Part shown: in pieces, positions 47,889 through 60,109 of the stretch
Position numbering within the stretch: position 1 is the first letter of the stretch
How the letters are laid out: every line of letters starts with the position of its first letter
NCBI GenBank assembly: GCA_051942165.1
Contig: JAVECS010000005.1
Location: 1 to 60,567 of the forward strand
DNA: 60,567 nucleotides
Source: Circinaria calcarea
Lineage: Eukaryota
Direction of reading: 5' to 3'
Program-made: the position numbers and the translations under genes
The notes under the pieces: model-generated
Database searches by the model: none
The model's input: the letters and a program-made list of their open reading frames with translations, nothing else
What the model was told of the DNA's origin: nothing

Positions 47889-50441
47889 TCACCTGTTTAA
47901 GCCTTTCTTTGGCCTTGGCTTGCGTGCCTTCGGAGCCTTACCGGAGGTCGCTCTTGGCTTCTTCGGAGGAGGCCCACCTCGGAGGGTCCACCACATACGC
48001 ACAGCCTGCTTTTGGCTCTCTACCAAATGGGTCTCGCGGTACGCCTGAATTTCATGCGCCATAGCTATTACATTTAGGCGAGCGGTTGCATCGGATACCA
48101 TTTGCGCTTGCCGAGATAAAAGAGACGACACCTTCCTAGTAAATCCGGCAATCTCGTGGTGTAGATGCTCTCGTTGCGCTATCAAACGTGACGTTGCCAT
48201 TGTGCTGCCACGCTGGAGTTGCGCAGCAATGCTTCGTGATAGCTCCTTTGACTGTGCAACCATGATTTCCGTTGTCTTTACGGTTTGATTGAGAGACATC
48301 ATGCCAATCTTCTCAACCTCGCTTAGTGCACATTCGGCCCTGGTGATGGTCTCTCGCATAAAGGCTTGAACCCCGGTACTCGTATGGTCATACACATTGA
48401 CTAATCCTGTCCGTGCCGAATGCAGCTCTTCACGGACGTGCTCCGTTGTCAGCTGGGAAGCTCTTCTCCACGGGACTAACTTGAGCCAGGGAAATCCAAA
48501 ATCGACCAGAAAAGTCTCATTGATTCTAGGCTTCTTTATGGTCCATACGGAAACGTTCAATGATCCATAAGCATCCTCTCTGGGTATCTTTAAAGCATGG
48601 ACACCGTCGAATAAGGTTGAGTGTTCATAATCCAATGTTCGACCGTGGCGAGTTATCTTGAATAAGAGAGCTGGAGCTTTTCTAAGTTGACCGAACCAAT
48701 GGGGAGGCTGCAGGACTATATGGCAATCACCAACGATATGCAATTTGAATTTGTCTGATGAATTGACTGCTAGTGCATGCGAATCAAGCAAGAACGACGC
48801 TAGGTCGGTATGAGTTCGCAGTGGCGAAACACTCTTCGTACGTGCTTGCCGGATGACCTCGGAAGTAGTTGGCCTCGGTGGGTTGTGAGCCGCCGGAGAA
48901 AGAGAGGAAGGAATGATGGTTGCGGATGGTTTGGAGGAGGTTGGAATAGATGCGAGTGCGGAGTCTATAGGGTATCCCTCGAAGAGATACGTGACCTTGT
49001 AATAGGACATGCCGACTAAAGCTATGGAAAAGAGCATTGCGAACAAAAGTGTCATGCACATTCTAGCAATCGACCAAGGTTTCGGTGATGATCCGATGAG
49101 GCAACTCTTAAGCCACTGTTGTATATCTGTCATCCAGTTCGATCCCACATCGTCATCTCTGGCTCTCGGTTGTACGAATCTGCCATTATCAAAAGGTGCA
49201 AGGCTGTCTGTTCGATATAAGCATGCCAAGTTTCTGCTCATCTGCGCTGCATCAATGTCGAGAAACGATGGTAGATCAATAGGTAGCCGTTTGAGGATTC
49301 GGGGATTATTGCCTTGAGGGTTGCGGGCCTCGATACAGAAGTGTGGAGTTCGGAGGTCTAAGGTCATGGCATGAACTGGCCTCTTCCATCCGACGTCAGA
49401 AGATACGACAATGACTGGTACGCCATGACGGCTCAAGAAAGATCTTGCCAAAAGCCGTGATTGCTTTGCATTGATTTCTTCGTCATCCGGAATGTAGATT
49501 ACAGCAAGATTTGGAAGCTTGTAAGAGTCAGGTAGAGTGAAGGCAGTGTTGCACCATGTAGAAAGGACGGATTTGTCCCCATTTAGTATGAGAGAGATGG
49601 TGTCATGACCGTCTTCCTCTTTAACATATGATGCAGACGTACACTCTTCAATTGAGATCTCCAACCCCATATGATTAACCAGTACTACCTCCGCAGACGA
49701 CCCGTCTTCAAAAGCCGATATGGGAACAATAGAGAAGCTTTCTGATGTAGGAGGAGCCGAAACAGCAAGCGGATTGAGAGAAGATGCTAAGGCAATGCTG
49801 ATTTTCTGAACGATGGGTTGTTTGGCCTCGGAGGATCCAATGTATAGTAACTTGTAAGGCCCTTTAGGCCGGAGGACCTCACTACTCATCCGTTGTCGGA
49901 TGGTACCATTCATCCGCTGCGGCGGAGAATTCAGTCGTAGGTCTTGAGAAATCTGATCACGCGCTTTCCCCTCGAATATCCTTACCACATGTGAGACATC
50001 GACAAATTCCGAAGCGTCAGCAGTTGCTTTCCGAGGTTCGTCGAACTTGATGGATTCATGTTGATGTGATACCAGGAATGATCCAGGTACCCCGTTATCT
50101 GCTTCTGTCGTAAGCTCACGAGGTGCTATGAGCGTAGGAGTGTCGGTATTCCAAGACTGACAGATATCCGAGGAGGCACCTTGTTGTACGCTCTCGAAGG
50201 GCAACTGGCTTTGGGTGCTTGTCACTGCTTGGCTTTCATCACTCGTGTCGGGGTCGTCAGAGTATTCTCTGCCCTCGATATCCTGATCTTGGCCATCTGT
50301 TGATGGTGTTGGTTGGCGAGATAGATTCCGATCTTCATCGTCCGAGGTCACGACACTGGCCTCGTCAATTATATCCCAGGCGCTATCTTCGATGGAGCTC
50401 ATGTTCTCCTCGGCAGAACTATCATCTGGGCTAGATGGCAT
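47889..50441 (-). CDS. Large intronless uncharacterised single-pass membrane protein (the in-frame ATG at 50564 is an alternative start)
   Basis: 891-aa ORF: acidic disordered N-terminus, alpha/beta domain (KLLYIGS..., LAVIYIP..., VPVIVVS), TM segment MTLLFAMLFSIALVGMSYY, beta-rich domain and helical C-terminus. Confidence 0.85.
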   Translation of the reverse strand: MPSSPDDSSAEENMSSIEDSAWDIIDEASVVTSDDEDRNLSRQPTPSTDGQDQDIEGREYSDDPDTSDESQAVTSTQSQLPFESVQQGASSDICQSWNTDTPTLIAPRELTTEADNGVPGSFLVSHQHESIKFDEPRKATADASEFVDVSHVVRIFEGKARDQISQDLRLNSPPQRMNGTIRQRMSSEVLRPKGPYKLLYIGSSEAKQPIVQKISIALASSLNPLAVSAPPTSESFSIVPISAFEDGSSAEVVLVNHMGLEISIEECTSASYVKEEDGHDTISLILNGDKSVLSTWCNTAFTLPDSYKLPNLAVIYIPDDEEINAKQSRLLARSFLSRHGVPVIVVSSDVGWKRPVHAMTLDLRTPHFCIEARNPQGNNPRILKRLPIDLPSFLDIDAAQMSRNLACLYRTDSLAPFDNGRFVQPRARDDDVGSNWMTDIQQWLKSCLIGSSPKPWSIARMCMTLLFAMLFSIALVGMSYYKVTYLFEGYPIDSALASIPTSSKPSATIIPSSLSPAAHNPPRPTTSEVIRQARTKSVSPLRTHTDLASFLLDSHALAVNSSDKFKLHIVGDCHIVLQPPHWFGQLRKAPALLFKITRHGRTLDYEHSTLFDGVHALKIPREDAYGSLNVSVWTIKKPRINETFLVDFGFPWLKLVPWRRASQLTTEHVREELHSARTGLVNVYDHTSTGVQAFMRETITRAECALSEVEKIGMMSLNQTVKTTEIMVAQSKELSRSIAAQLQRGSTMATSRLIAQREHLHHEIAGFTRKVSSLLSRQAQMVSDATARLNVIAMAHEIQAYRETHLVESQKQAVRMWWTLRGGPPPKKPRATSGKAPKARKPRPKKGLNR

Positions 50442-51582
50442 GGTGAGAAGTTGCGAATGAGCCAACCAGCTGTCGAGGGAATTATACAGTGGGATGGTTG
50501 GGTATTGCAGATCGGGGATTGTAGTCTCCTGGGCCGAGCCTCGTTCGTTCTCGGTCTGCTTCATCTTGCGTCAGCTGTGGTACCTCTGGGATGGTGTGAA
50601 GCATCTGGAAAGCGATGATGCGTGAGGTGGGGTTTCTAAACGAGAGTTCTCATGGGATCCAACACCCCGAAGCCTCCTCCAAGGTGAATGAGGGCGCACG
50701 AAGGAGCTGCGAAGGCTGTAGAAGCATATATCAACTAACCTTCCGCGCTTTGACGCCTGGTGCCTTGACCGAGGAGGAGTAGTTCCGTGCCGATGACTCC
50801 TGCCTTCCCTACAATCACGAGACTATCGCGTGAACATCGGGTTGAGCTGCATGAGGTAGATATCAGAACATGCAGAGAGAGCAGCCAAGCGACTCTGCTA
50901 TCCCGTTCTCGACCTACAGAATGCGGTAATGGTAGTGAATGAGTGCTCGACAGCTCATGCTTCATCACGAAGGTGGGGTTCGTCAGGCTGCCACTACCAC
51001 TGCCACTCTAAGCTCCGTCTTCCGATAGCCTAAGATAAGTAAAACACCCACGTATCACGCTACTGGGTTACGATACACCCAAAGGTAGCGACTGCAGCCC
51101 GACTATCATAACAATACATAGTGTTCAGGTACGACAATGAGCTGGTAGTACCATTCGCTACGAAATAGGGATTTTCTCTGCTTATGCACAGGGTGCTGCT
51201 AGAGGGCCCTTTGAATCCTGCACAGCATCTTGTATTTGCTGACGGGGAGACTATTATGTACATGAATCTTCTTTAGCGAATCGTTCAAACATAGCGGTGA
51301 GATGCAGATCCCATATGACCGTCGGCCTCCCAACTCCAGGTGTCGACGGACACACCTTCCAACAACTCGTCGACAGGCGTCAGGCTAAATCAGTCCAAAT
51401 CACCTCCTCCCCCGAACCGAAGGAGTTTGCCTATGCTCGAATGCTATTGCATTATGTATATCGTATATCCCAAGTGACGCCGCTGCCAATGCTGAGTTGA
51501 GACGAGGCTTTTACCCCGTCGTACGATGCTATCCGAGGAACCCTAGTTACCAGGAAAGAAAGCGAAAATCACGTCACAGACG

Positions 51583-53346
51583 TTAAGGGGATGCCCATCC
51601 GCCAGCGACGTCAACCCACTCGGCCAGACAACTGCCCTGCTTTCCCTCAACATCAACAATATCCGTATCACACTTACATCGGCAGCCAACACCGTTCTCC
51701 TTTTCCGAATCCCACGACTCCCAGTAATCATCTTCTTCCTTCCGTTTCTTCTCGTCTTCCGTGGTTTTCTCGAGGTACGGTGGCCGAGGCAGCTGACGCG
51801 CAGGAGCATTAGCCGGGCAATGTTGAATAGTGGTATGTCGATAGCCGAAGTCCCGGAAGTAATGTATATCCTTGGGACTTAGGAGTGCCCCTGCTGCCAA
51901 GGAGTGAATGGGGGCATCTCCCCACTACGCAAAGGTTAGCTGCCTTACTTGCTTAGCATTACTGGGTGGCTTACCCGCTCCATCCAGAATCCTCCACTTC
52001 GATCCATCATCTCAAAGAAGTCTTCGTATTCTCTACTCCGGAACCAGTCGAGCCTAGCAATCTCGAAATTGCTCCAGAAATGACACATGTTGTAGATCTC
52101 GCCCTCCATCGCTTCTGGATTAATATCTGGCACCCTTCCATGGCCTGGCTCAGTCCGGAGGATTTCTTCAGGCAGCTCTGGCTGATATTTTGGGTCGTCC
52201 TTTGGTAAGAGCTTTGATTTTTCTTCGCGGGGCTCAATGAACATCTCCCACAATCCTTTAGAACTCAAGTTGTGCTTCCTCTTGTAGGCTGATGCGTATC
52301 GAAAAATATTTGGGACGGTTTCTTTAAGCTCCTTCACGGCGATTGTGAATCCATATGTTTTATTGGCACTTGCCATTTGCTGAAAAGGATCACTGATTTC
52401 CGTCAGTTCCGATATAGAGCACATAGGGTTGTCACACTTACTAGGTAATATCGCAGAAGTATTTGATATCCGGTTCTAACCTCCAGTACCACTCATACTT
52501 CTGTAGCAGTTCGTGTTTGTAGAAGAACCTAGTCGAGGGTTAGAAATTCCTGCCCTTCTCGGCATCGATCAAACCATACCCAGAGTAGAACCTGCACATG
52601 TGATGATAACTCTCCATACCGCCATACATGATAGCAGCATCCCCTTGCTTCCTTATACCTTCACGAGCAACATCGGCATTCACCCAATCTGGGTATCCCC
52701 ACATGCTGGCATCAATCTTGCCAAATTCGACTGGCGCACTTGTGTAGTTGGTGATCGACTCTTTGAAGTGCGTGCCGAAATCTCCGTCATTCAAAAACAC
52801 ATAAGGGTAATGAAACCACCTGTTGAAGTGTCTCTCAATTGACTTGACAGACTGTATGACACCTGCTAATTCTTGATCTCTTGCTAAGACAACGAAGGCT
52901 GCATTTGCCCGGGGAGCATTGATTTGGGGCTCTAGACAACCGGGAACGAAGACCTTGTCATATTTGTCGTTTATTCTCCTAAAACGGCAAGAGACGTCAG
53001 ACTTCTGATCGTCCGAAAGAGGTGAGCATAATTAGAGGAGATGTGCTTCGTACCTTATCGATGGTGGTGCTCCAGCGGGAAGTAATCTTCCTACGGGATT
53101 TGTGGGGTGACGCGCAACAAGAATCAGTATTACGATTATGATGATGCATGGAAATAGAAGCACAGTGCCTAAGGGAACTGAGATCTTGGAGTTCCCTTTT
53201 AAACGTATCCTTCTCCGGAAGAAAGCCAACCGAGGCGTTATCCTCTCTCTTTGCCGTGAGAGGTCTCCGAGAGAAGGGATTTTCTCAAGTGAAGGAAGAT
53301 TCGGCGACGAGGGTATCCGTTTCACGATATTCTGTACCAAACCCAT
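51583..53346 (-). CDS. GT15 (Kre2/Ktr) alpha-1,2-mannosyltransferase, KTR5/7-like (5 exons)
   Basis: Type II TM anchor, NAAFVVLARD, YPYVFLND, YGGMESYHHMCRFYSG, WYWRLEP, YNMCHFWSNFEIA, GGFWMER|WGDAPIHS. Confidence 0.93.
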
Positions 53347-54035
53347 GGATGCTGAGGCAAAGGGCCGCCAATTGAAATTCCGAGGTTTCAGGGTATCGAC
53401 GCCAAACCCAGAGGCCCTTTATAGTCGTCTCAGTATGTTTGAGGGATAGTCCGGAGAATAGTTGCTCTCTGCTTTACTCCGTAGGTTAGTTTAAGTACGT
53501 GGTGTTTTGGACTTTTCTGCGTCTGGTTCGTTACGACAACCTAAACGAGTGGCTGGAGGGTTTCCTCCTGGCTGCGCGGCGAGAGGATCAGTATATTTCT
53601 CCAGGTTCGCGCTGAAAAGTCAAATTCATGACAAGTCATAGGCTTCTCGTAGTGGCAGCAATCCTGGCGGCGACGACCTAGGCAGACTCGGACGATAGGG
53701 AGAGGTTGATCAACGAGGTGCAGACCCTGAGACCCTCTGTAACCGAAAACCGTCGCGGAGAATACTGGAAAATCGGCCCGGTGATATTGCCCCCTGTTCT
53801 CCTAAAAATAGGCGCCGCAAAGCTAAGTCTCTCGGTATCGAACAGTCAATTACCTTTTAATAACCGCCTGAAAGTTTCTTACTTTCAAGAATCTTACGTT
53901 AAGTCGATGTCAGACTTATGGGCCCTTGACTTGCTCCATGAATCGGCCAGAAGCCATACTTAAAGTGAAGCCCATCTTCGATTCAAGGCTGGATTCAATT
54001 CCTCTTGAACTACGGAGCACGGGGCATAAGTCACC

Positions 54036-54584
54036 ATGAGCTTCAACGCAAAAAATCTTACTTTCGGTGTGTGGAGGATATTCCATATGGTTGAGTAGTC
54101 CAACTTCTCTGATATGAGATCAGAATCTAGTGAGCCAAGTTTTCTACGCAAACTCAAAAGCCAATACGCAGGGGCAGATTCGTCTCGTCATGAACGTCCT
54201 TCGGCAAGGCCGAGAAAGCAGAGGGATAGCGAGGGCGATGATGAACCAATGTATGTCGATGAGTACGGTAGGGACACTATTACGAAAGCGGAATATGATG
54301 CCATGTTGAATGGAGAAGGCCATACTAAGGAAGACGTTGTTGAGCAAACTTCCGCCACTACAGAAAATCCACAAGAGTCGGTTGAGGAAAATGAGCAAGC
54401 CGTAAGAAAGCCAGTAATAGCTGCCATTGGAGCTCTCGGGAAAAGGAGGAGAGGGAAGGTGGTTGGCAAGGGTGACGAGGTTACAGACGAAGTGAAAGTC
54501 TCGACAACCATCGGTAAAAAACGGCCATTGAAGAAAGCGAAGAAGGTTAATCTGTCATATGATGAAGAGGCCGCATTCTCATGA
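54036..54584 (+). CDS. DUF4604-like small charged protein (2 exons)
   Basis: MSFNAKNLTF|ESSEPSFLRKLK ... IGALGKRRRGKVVG ... KKAKKVNLSYDEE. Confidence 0.8.
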
Positions 54585-55303
54585 TTATACGCTGTATGCA
54601 TGTCAAAGCCCGACAAAGAGATACTAAACTTTCATTGAAGTATGGATTGCATGCTTCTAATTACTGAGGCGTGCACCTAGCTTGAGAAACTTCTTGCAGC
54701 CCCAAATACCTCGGAATACAAGATTTGGTAGCGATCGAAATCAATGGTACTGATTTTTTAAGACCACATTGAAGTAGTGCAGGACTAAGATGGGAAGATT
54801 AATTGGACGTTGGTCACTAGGACATGAGGTAAAGGTGACTGGCGAGCATGGAGTCGGATCAGCTTGGTGAAATAGCAGGAGACTGTGAGAGCAGGATATC
54901 AAAGTTGATTATGTCGAAAGTTCCGTGATTAGCTATTGTTCATCTGAGGTCCCATCGAATGAGAAACGTGAATTGAAGTTCTTCAGAAGGCATGATGGGT
55001 TAGTATATTCTATGGTGAGATGATCAACTATCTTCTGTACCTAGTAATCTTTTATTTGAACTAGAAACTCGACTGAACCCTTTGGAAATTGCTTTACTCT
55101 GTGAACTGGCGGGTGCCTAAACCTTGCAATTTACGGTATCGAAGTTCCAAAAGATTCCCCGGAATGAGGCTGAAAGTCAAGTTTGTCCTAGAGCTAGAGC
55201 GCCAAGAATTATCCAGGTAGCTTTTGCATGCGCGACGACAGCCCAGTCTTGACTTAAATTATTGAATGCGCGAGCCTCCGGACTCAAGATTTTAATTAAA
55301 ACA

Positions 55304-56933
55304 ATGCTGTGTGCAAGTACGTCTTTTTATCGCGACCCCGAACTCTTCATATAGCTGATTAGCTTCAGTTTCCGGCGAAGCTCCCCAAATCCCTGTGGTG
55401 TCACGAAAAAGTGGTACGGACACCTCGATGTGACAGAGAACAACTATTCTAACAAAGTTCAGGTAACGTATTCGAAAAGCGACTCATCGAAGCATATATT
55501 TCAGAGAATGGGACGGATCCCGTAACGAATGAGGAATTAAGTACGGACGACTTGATTGACCTCAAGTCCGCAAGAATTGTACGACCCAGACCCCCTACAT
55601 TGACTTCGATCCCATCGCTACTCTCGGTATTCCAAACTGAGTGGGACGCTCTGACATTGGAGACGTATACCTTGAGACAACAACTCGCGCAGACTCGGCA
55701 AGAGCTCAGCACAGCGTTGTACCAGCACGATGCCGCAGTACGGGTCATTGCAAGATTATCTCGCGAGAGAGACGAGGCGCGAGATGCGCTATCTAACGTC
55801 ACCGTCAATAGCATGGGAGCTGGCAACGGAGATGCAATGCAAGTAGATGGGCAGGGGCTTCCGGATGCCCTTGTTGCAAAAGTTGAAGCGACGCAAGACA
55901 AGTATGTTTCACTCTACAAACAGCCCCTAGATACGACGTGTTCTGACGGACTTCAAGGTTATCCAAGACGAGACGGAAACGAGCTGTTTCGGAGGATTGG
56001 GCAACAGCAGAAATTGTAGAGACCCTCAAGCCTAAAGAGATATTAGAATCGGTGTATCCTGGTTCAAGATCAATAGCTCTGGACTCGAGTGGAGACCTGA
56101 TTCTAGTCGGGGGGACGGATGGTGTCGCTGGAGTGTTCTCAATTTCTCAGCGGCAAATGATACAAACTCTGAAAGGCGGAAGTGGCAGGATTACCGATGG
56201 GCTGTGGGCCAGTCATCGTCCAGTGATTGCTACGTCCTCCGGTGCAGTCAAGATCTTCGATAATGGTTCAGACGCTGGTAGCTTCACAAGCCATGCAGGC
56301 GAAGTGACAGCACTCGCCTTGCACCCAAGCGGAGACATTCTTGCATCTGTAGGTGTTGATAAAAGCTACGTTTTCTATGATATTACCTCATCGACACCAG
56401 TTACCCAGGTGTACACAAATTCGGGTATGTGATTTTTCGGAGAGGGTTGCAGGCTCATAACTGATACTTGCGTAGTGCTCACTGCAGCCGGGTTCCACCC
56501 GGACGGTCATCTGTTCGCTGCAGGTGGGTCCGATGGGCAGATCAAGGTATTCGACGTGAGATCCGGAGAGAATGCTGCGAACTTCGATTTGGCTGGCCCA
56601 CTTCAATGCCTTGCGTTTTCGGAGAATGGGACCTGGCTTGCTGCTGTGACGAAGGGTGATGCAAGTATCTCAATATGGGATCTGCGTAAAGCGGCTCAAG
56701 TGAAGAGCCTGGAGATTGGGAGTGAGATCAGTAGCATCCGGTGGGACTACACCGGCCAATTTTTACTCGCTGCTGGCCCCAGTGGATTGGCGGTTCAGCA
56801 ATATTCAAAGGCAACAAAGGAGTGGTCGGAACCAATGCGAAGTGGTGCAGCATCGGTCGATGTCCAATGGGGTCCGAGGGCGCGGAGTATTTTCTCCCTG
56901 GGTCCAGATGGATCGCTTACCGAATTTTCCTGA
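55304..56933 (+). CDS. PRP19: Pre-mRNA-processing factor 19 (U-box + coiled coil + WD40), 5 exons
   Basis: [83 protein letters not shown]. Confidence 0.97.
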
Positions 56934-57414
56934 GAGCAGGAGGACTGGACAGATAGGTTGTGTTCATACGGCTTTGGTTTCATCTAGAAGCTCTGGTGGA
57001 AAGAGAAAACACTGGATGGGGGATGGTGGTGATGGGATCCACCATAAGTTAGTTTAGACCTTGTGAAACGCAAAGAAAGAAAGTGTACGCAGAATGCGAA
57101 TGCTTGCTTTTGACCGTGTCCTGCACTTGGCAAGACGTCCATCTGCTGTGAACCCAGAGTGAAGAATCGGGACGAGATTGCTAATCGCTTCGTTGTGTGC
57201 GGTGGCGAAGATGTATGTTATGAAGTTCCTTCACCTCGGTTCCTTGCCCGAGTCCAAGCTGCCAACATCCGTTCCTTTCCTGGATTTTTGCGCAACTCCC
57301 TAGTTTCATTCGATTCCGGACCGCCACTCTCACTCGCTCGACTCCTTCACTTTTACCTCCAGCTCAGGACGACCACATCGCACGTATTGGGTTGGAATAG
57401 TTGGTGAGCGGATC

Positions 57415-58737
57415 ATGGAAGGAGAGATGTCTGTAAATTGCTTGCGGCCCACCTACAAGGTGCGTATCTGCGTTCACACTTTGAACCCGAAAGTCACAAC
57501 CCAAGGCTCTGATACAATGGCTCACCTTTTGCATCTTTGCAGAGATCACACGATCAGATGTCCGGAGAAGGCGTTAGAAGCTCAACACCCTGGGCCTCCA
57601 ATTTCCCCGACACTTTCCATAACAACAACGACAACGCCTCCACCATTCCTACCTTTGACTTTAGCCTCCGCCTTCCTCCTATGAGATCTATTGGAGATGC
57701 TATGAGATCTGTTGGAGACGGTTTGGATTTTCGAAGACCTGTCATGTCTCAACCTTCACAGCCTATGCAAAGCGTCATCGATTTGACGGAAGAACCTGAT
57801 AGTCCTCCAGAGGCCCACCACCGCCCATGTACCAATCCAACCAACACGTCAAACCGAGCCAACCGGCCGCCTCGCTTCCCACGAGATATTATCGATTTGG
57901 AGGCAGAGAGCCCAGAGGATGGGATGACCAGGGGTGTCAGCCCGGATGTTGAGGTTTTGAGTTATGGGCCATCACACGCCGCAAGAGAGCCGCAATCGAG
58001 GCATCGAGGTGTTGCAGGCCACGCTGCGATGCTACGACCTGCCTCGCTTTTACATGACGGCAGGATAGCTAGAATCGGGAATACTGACGGGCGTCCACCG
58101 CTTATGCGATACATGAGGAATATTGTTCAAAACGCAACCGCAGGGCACTTCAATCGACAGCGCGCTACAGAGGTGTTGGACGTGGAGGAATGGCATAGAC
58201 ATGGTGTGCTTCCGCATACGGGACACTTTATGGCACGGAACCTTCCCAACACAGATTACTCGGAACCCGGCGATGATGCAGCATTCGTTAGAGGGAGTCC
58301 GGGATATCAGCTTCCTCGACTCCTTGACTTCGACCTCCAAGGCTTTCCTATGGGTAACGATACAATTCCTCAGCCACCAGCCCCTACGTACGAAGCGCCC
58401 CCACCTCCCCGCGCTGGTTATACGAGGTCACCGACAGAAGATCAGGAGCTGGTCTGTCCGAATTGCGATGAAGAATTGGGGGTCGGGGGGGATGATGTGA
58501 AACGACAGGTCTGGGTGGTAAAGAATTGTGGTCATGTATGGCTTTGAGTACCTTGTCGTTGAGCTTCACTAATTAACGGGATAGGTCTACTGTGGCGACT
58601 GTACAAAATATCGGCATAAGGGAAAGGCTCGACAAGCACGGTTGGGACGGTCGAATCCGTTTTCAAAATGTGTAGTCGAAGGTTGTGGAAAAGGTTCTCT
58701 TACTGGCGTTAAAAGTATGTTCCAAGTATACCTCTAA
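57415..58737 (+). CDS. SIM-containing RING-like zinc-finger protein (possible SUMO-targeted ubiquitin ligase subunit), about 3 exons
   Basis: SIM-like VIDLTEE, IIDLE, DVEVLS; C-terminal CPNC...CGH|VYCGDC...CVVEGC; first exon inferred from a GTGCGT...TTGCAG intron. Confidence 0.75.
57679..57720 (+). repeat. Two-copy 21-bp coding tandem duplication (MRSIGDA/MRSVGDG)
   Basis: ctatgagatctattggagatg ctatgagatctgttggagacg. Confidence 0.85.
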
Positions 58738-59222
58738 GAAATTGTTCACACTGGGCTAAAAGGATTGTTCACGGTATCATGGGCGGAGGTTGCATAGCGA
58801 TGGCGTCCTAGGCATCATGAGCATTTACATGGAAGAGGCATATGGGGAATTCCCTTTTGTTCTGCCCGGTCTTCGCTTTGCGAGGTAGCTTGAACTACGT
58901 ACATATTGAGCTGTATCTACAGAACATGTATTGGCTGTGCTTGTACCAGCCTCGTCCTCTTCAGCTCCTGATATATACAAATCTTATCACAGTTAGATAT
59001 GTATTATGGTGATCCATGGTGTCGTCTATGTGAACCGTAGAACCCTGTCTGGCATACCACACCCAAAAGGTCGAGTCGGTTAGATATTCACCTTCTCTTC
59101 TTGTAGGCTGAAGCACATCTAACCGAGTTCACCGCGTGTGACTAGCTATCAAATCATCATCTGGCAAGCACGGTAGCAGAAAGTTCAATCCCTTTTCTTT
59201 CTTAGATAGTTGCTACCGCGCA

Positions 59223-60109
59223 ATGGATCGTCCGTCCCCCGCGCGAAGGCGCCTGCAAACCCGATATCTGATCCTCTACAACCTCAGCTGCGCCATCCTC
59301 TGGCTGGCCGTCTTTGGGCGCGTCGTCCTGCTGGTGCCGCTGGTGGGATTCGAAAACGTATACGGGGGAGTGGGAAGCTGGGTCAAGTGGACTCAGACGT
59401 TGGCGGTGCTGGAGGTGGTGCATTCGGCCCTGGGTAGGATCTTTTTCTTCTTTCTTTTTCTTTTCTCGTAACACAAGGTCCCGATCTTTACGGATAGATG
59501 ACGGGGGGCGGAGGGTGTTTGTCTAGTATGGGGAATGGCTGACAGATACATCTTCGGGATGACTAGGACTCGTCCGCTCCCCCCTCCCGACCACCCTGAT
59601 GCAGGTTTCCTCGCGCCTCTTCCTCGTTTGGGGCATCGTCAACGCCTTCGCCGCGACCACAAGCAACAGCGCTTTCTACAGCAGCATGCTCCTCGCATGG
59701 TCCGTCACCGAAGTCATCCGCTACAGCTACTTCGTGCTGAACCTCCAGGGCGGAGTCCCGGGCTTCGTCACGTGGTTGAGATATAATACATTTTACATTC
59801 TGTACCCGTTGGGAATCAGCAGCGAGATGATGTTGGTTTGGAAGGCCAGTGGGCCGGCGGGACAGCGGAGCCGGTTGGGGCAATGGGCGCTTTGGGGGAT
59901 TTTGGGGCTGTATGTGCCCGGTAGGTTTTTTTGGGGTTTCTTTGTATTGCATGCTATTGGTGGTGTTGCTGACAAGGGAAATGGATTTATTGAACGGGAC
60001 TGACCTAGGATTAGGATCTTATATTCTGTACACGCATATGATTGCTCAAAGGCGGAAGCTTATTAGGGGGAAGGCACCGGAGAGACGGGATCCGAGTCTG
60101 ATACGGTAG
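59223..60109 (+). CDS. PHS1: Very-long-chain 3-hydroxyacyl-CoA dehydratase (PTPLA/HACD family), 3 exons
   Basis: YLILYN, QTLAVLEVVHSALG|LVRSPL, MQVSSR, AWSVTEVIRYSYF, WLRYNTFYILYPLGISSE, LYTHMIAQRRK. Confidence 0.95.
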
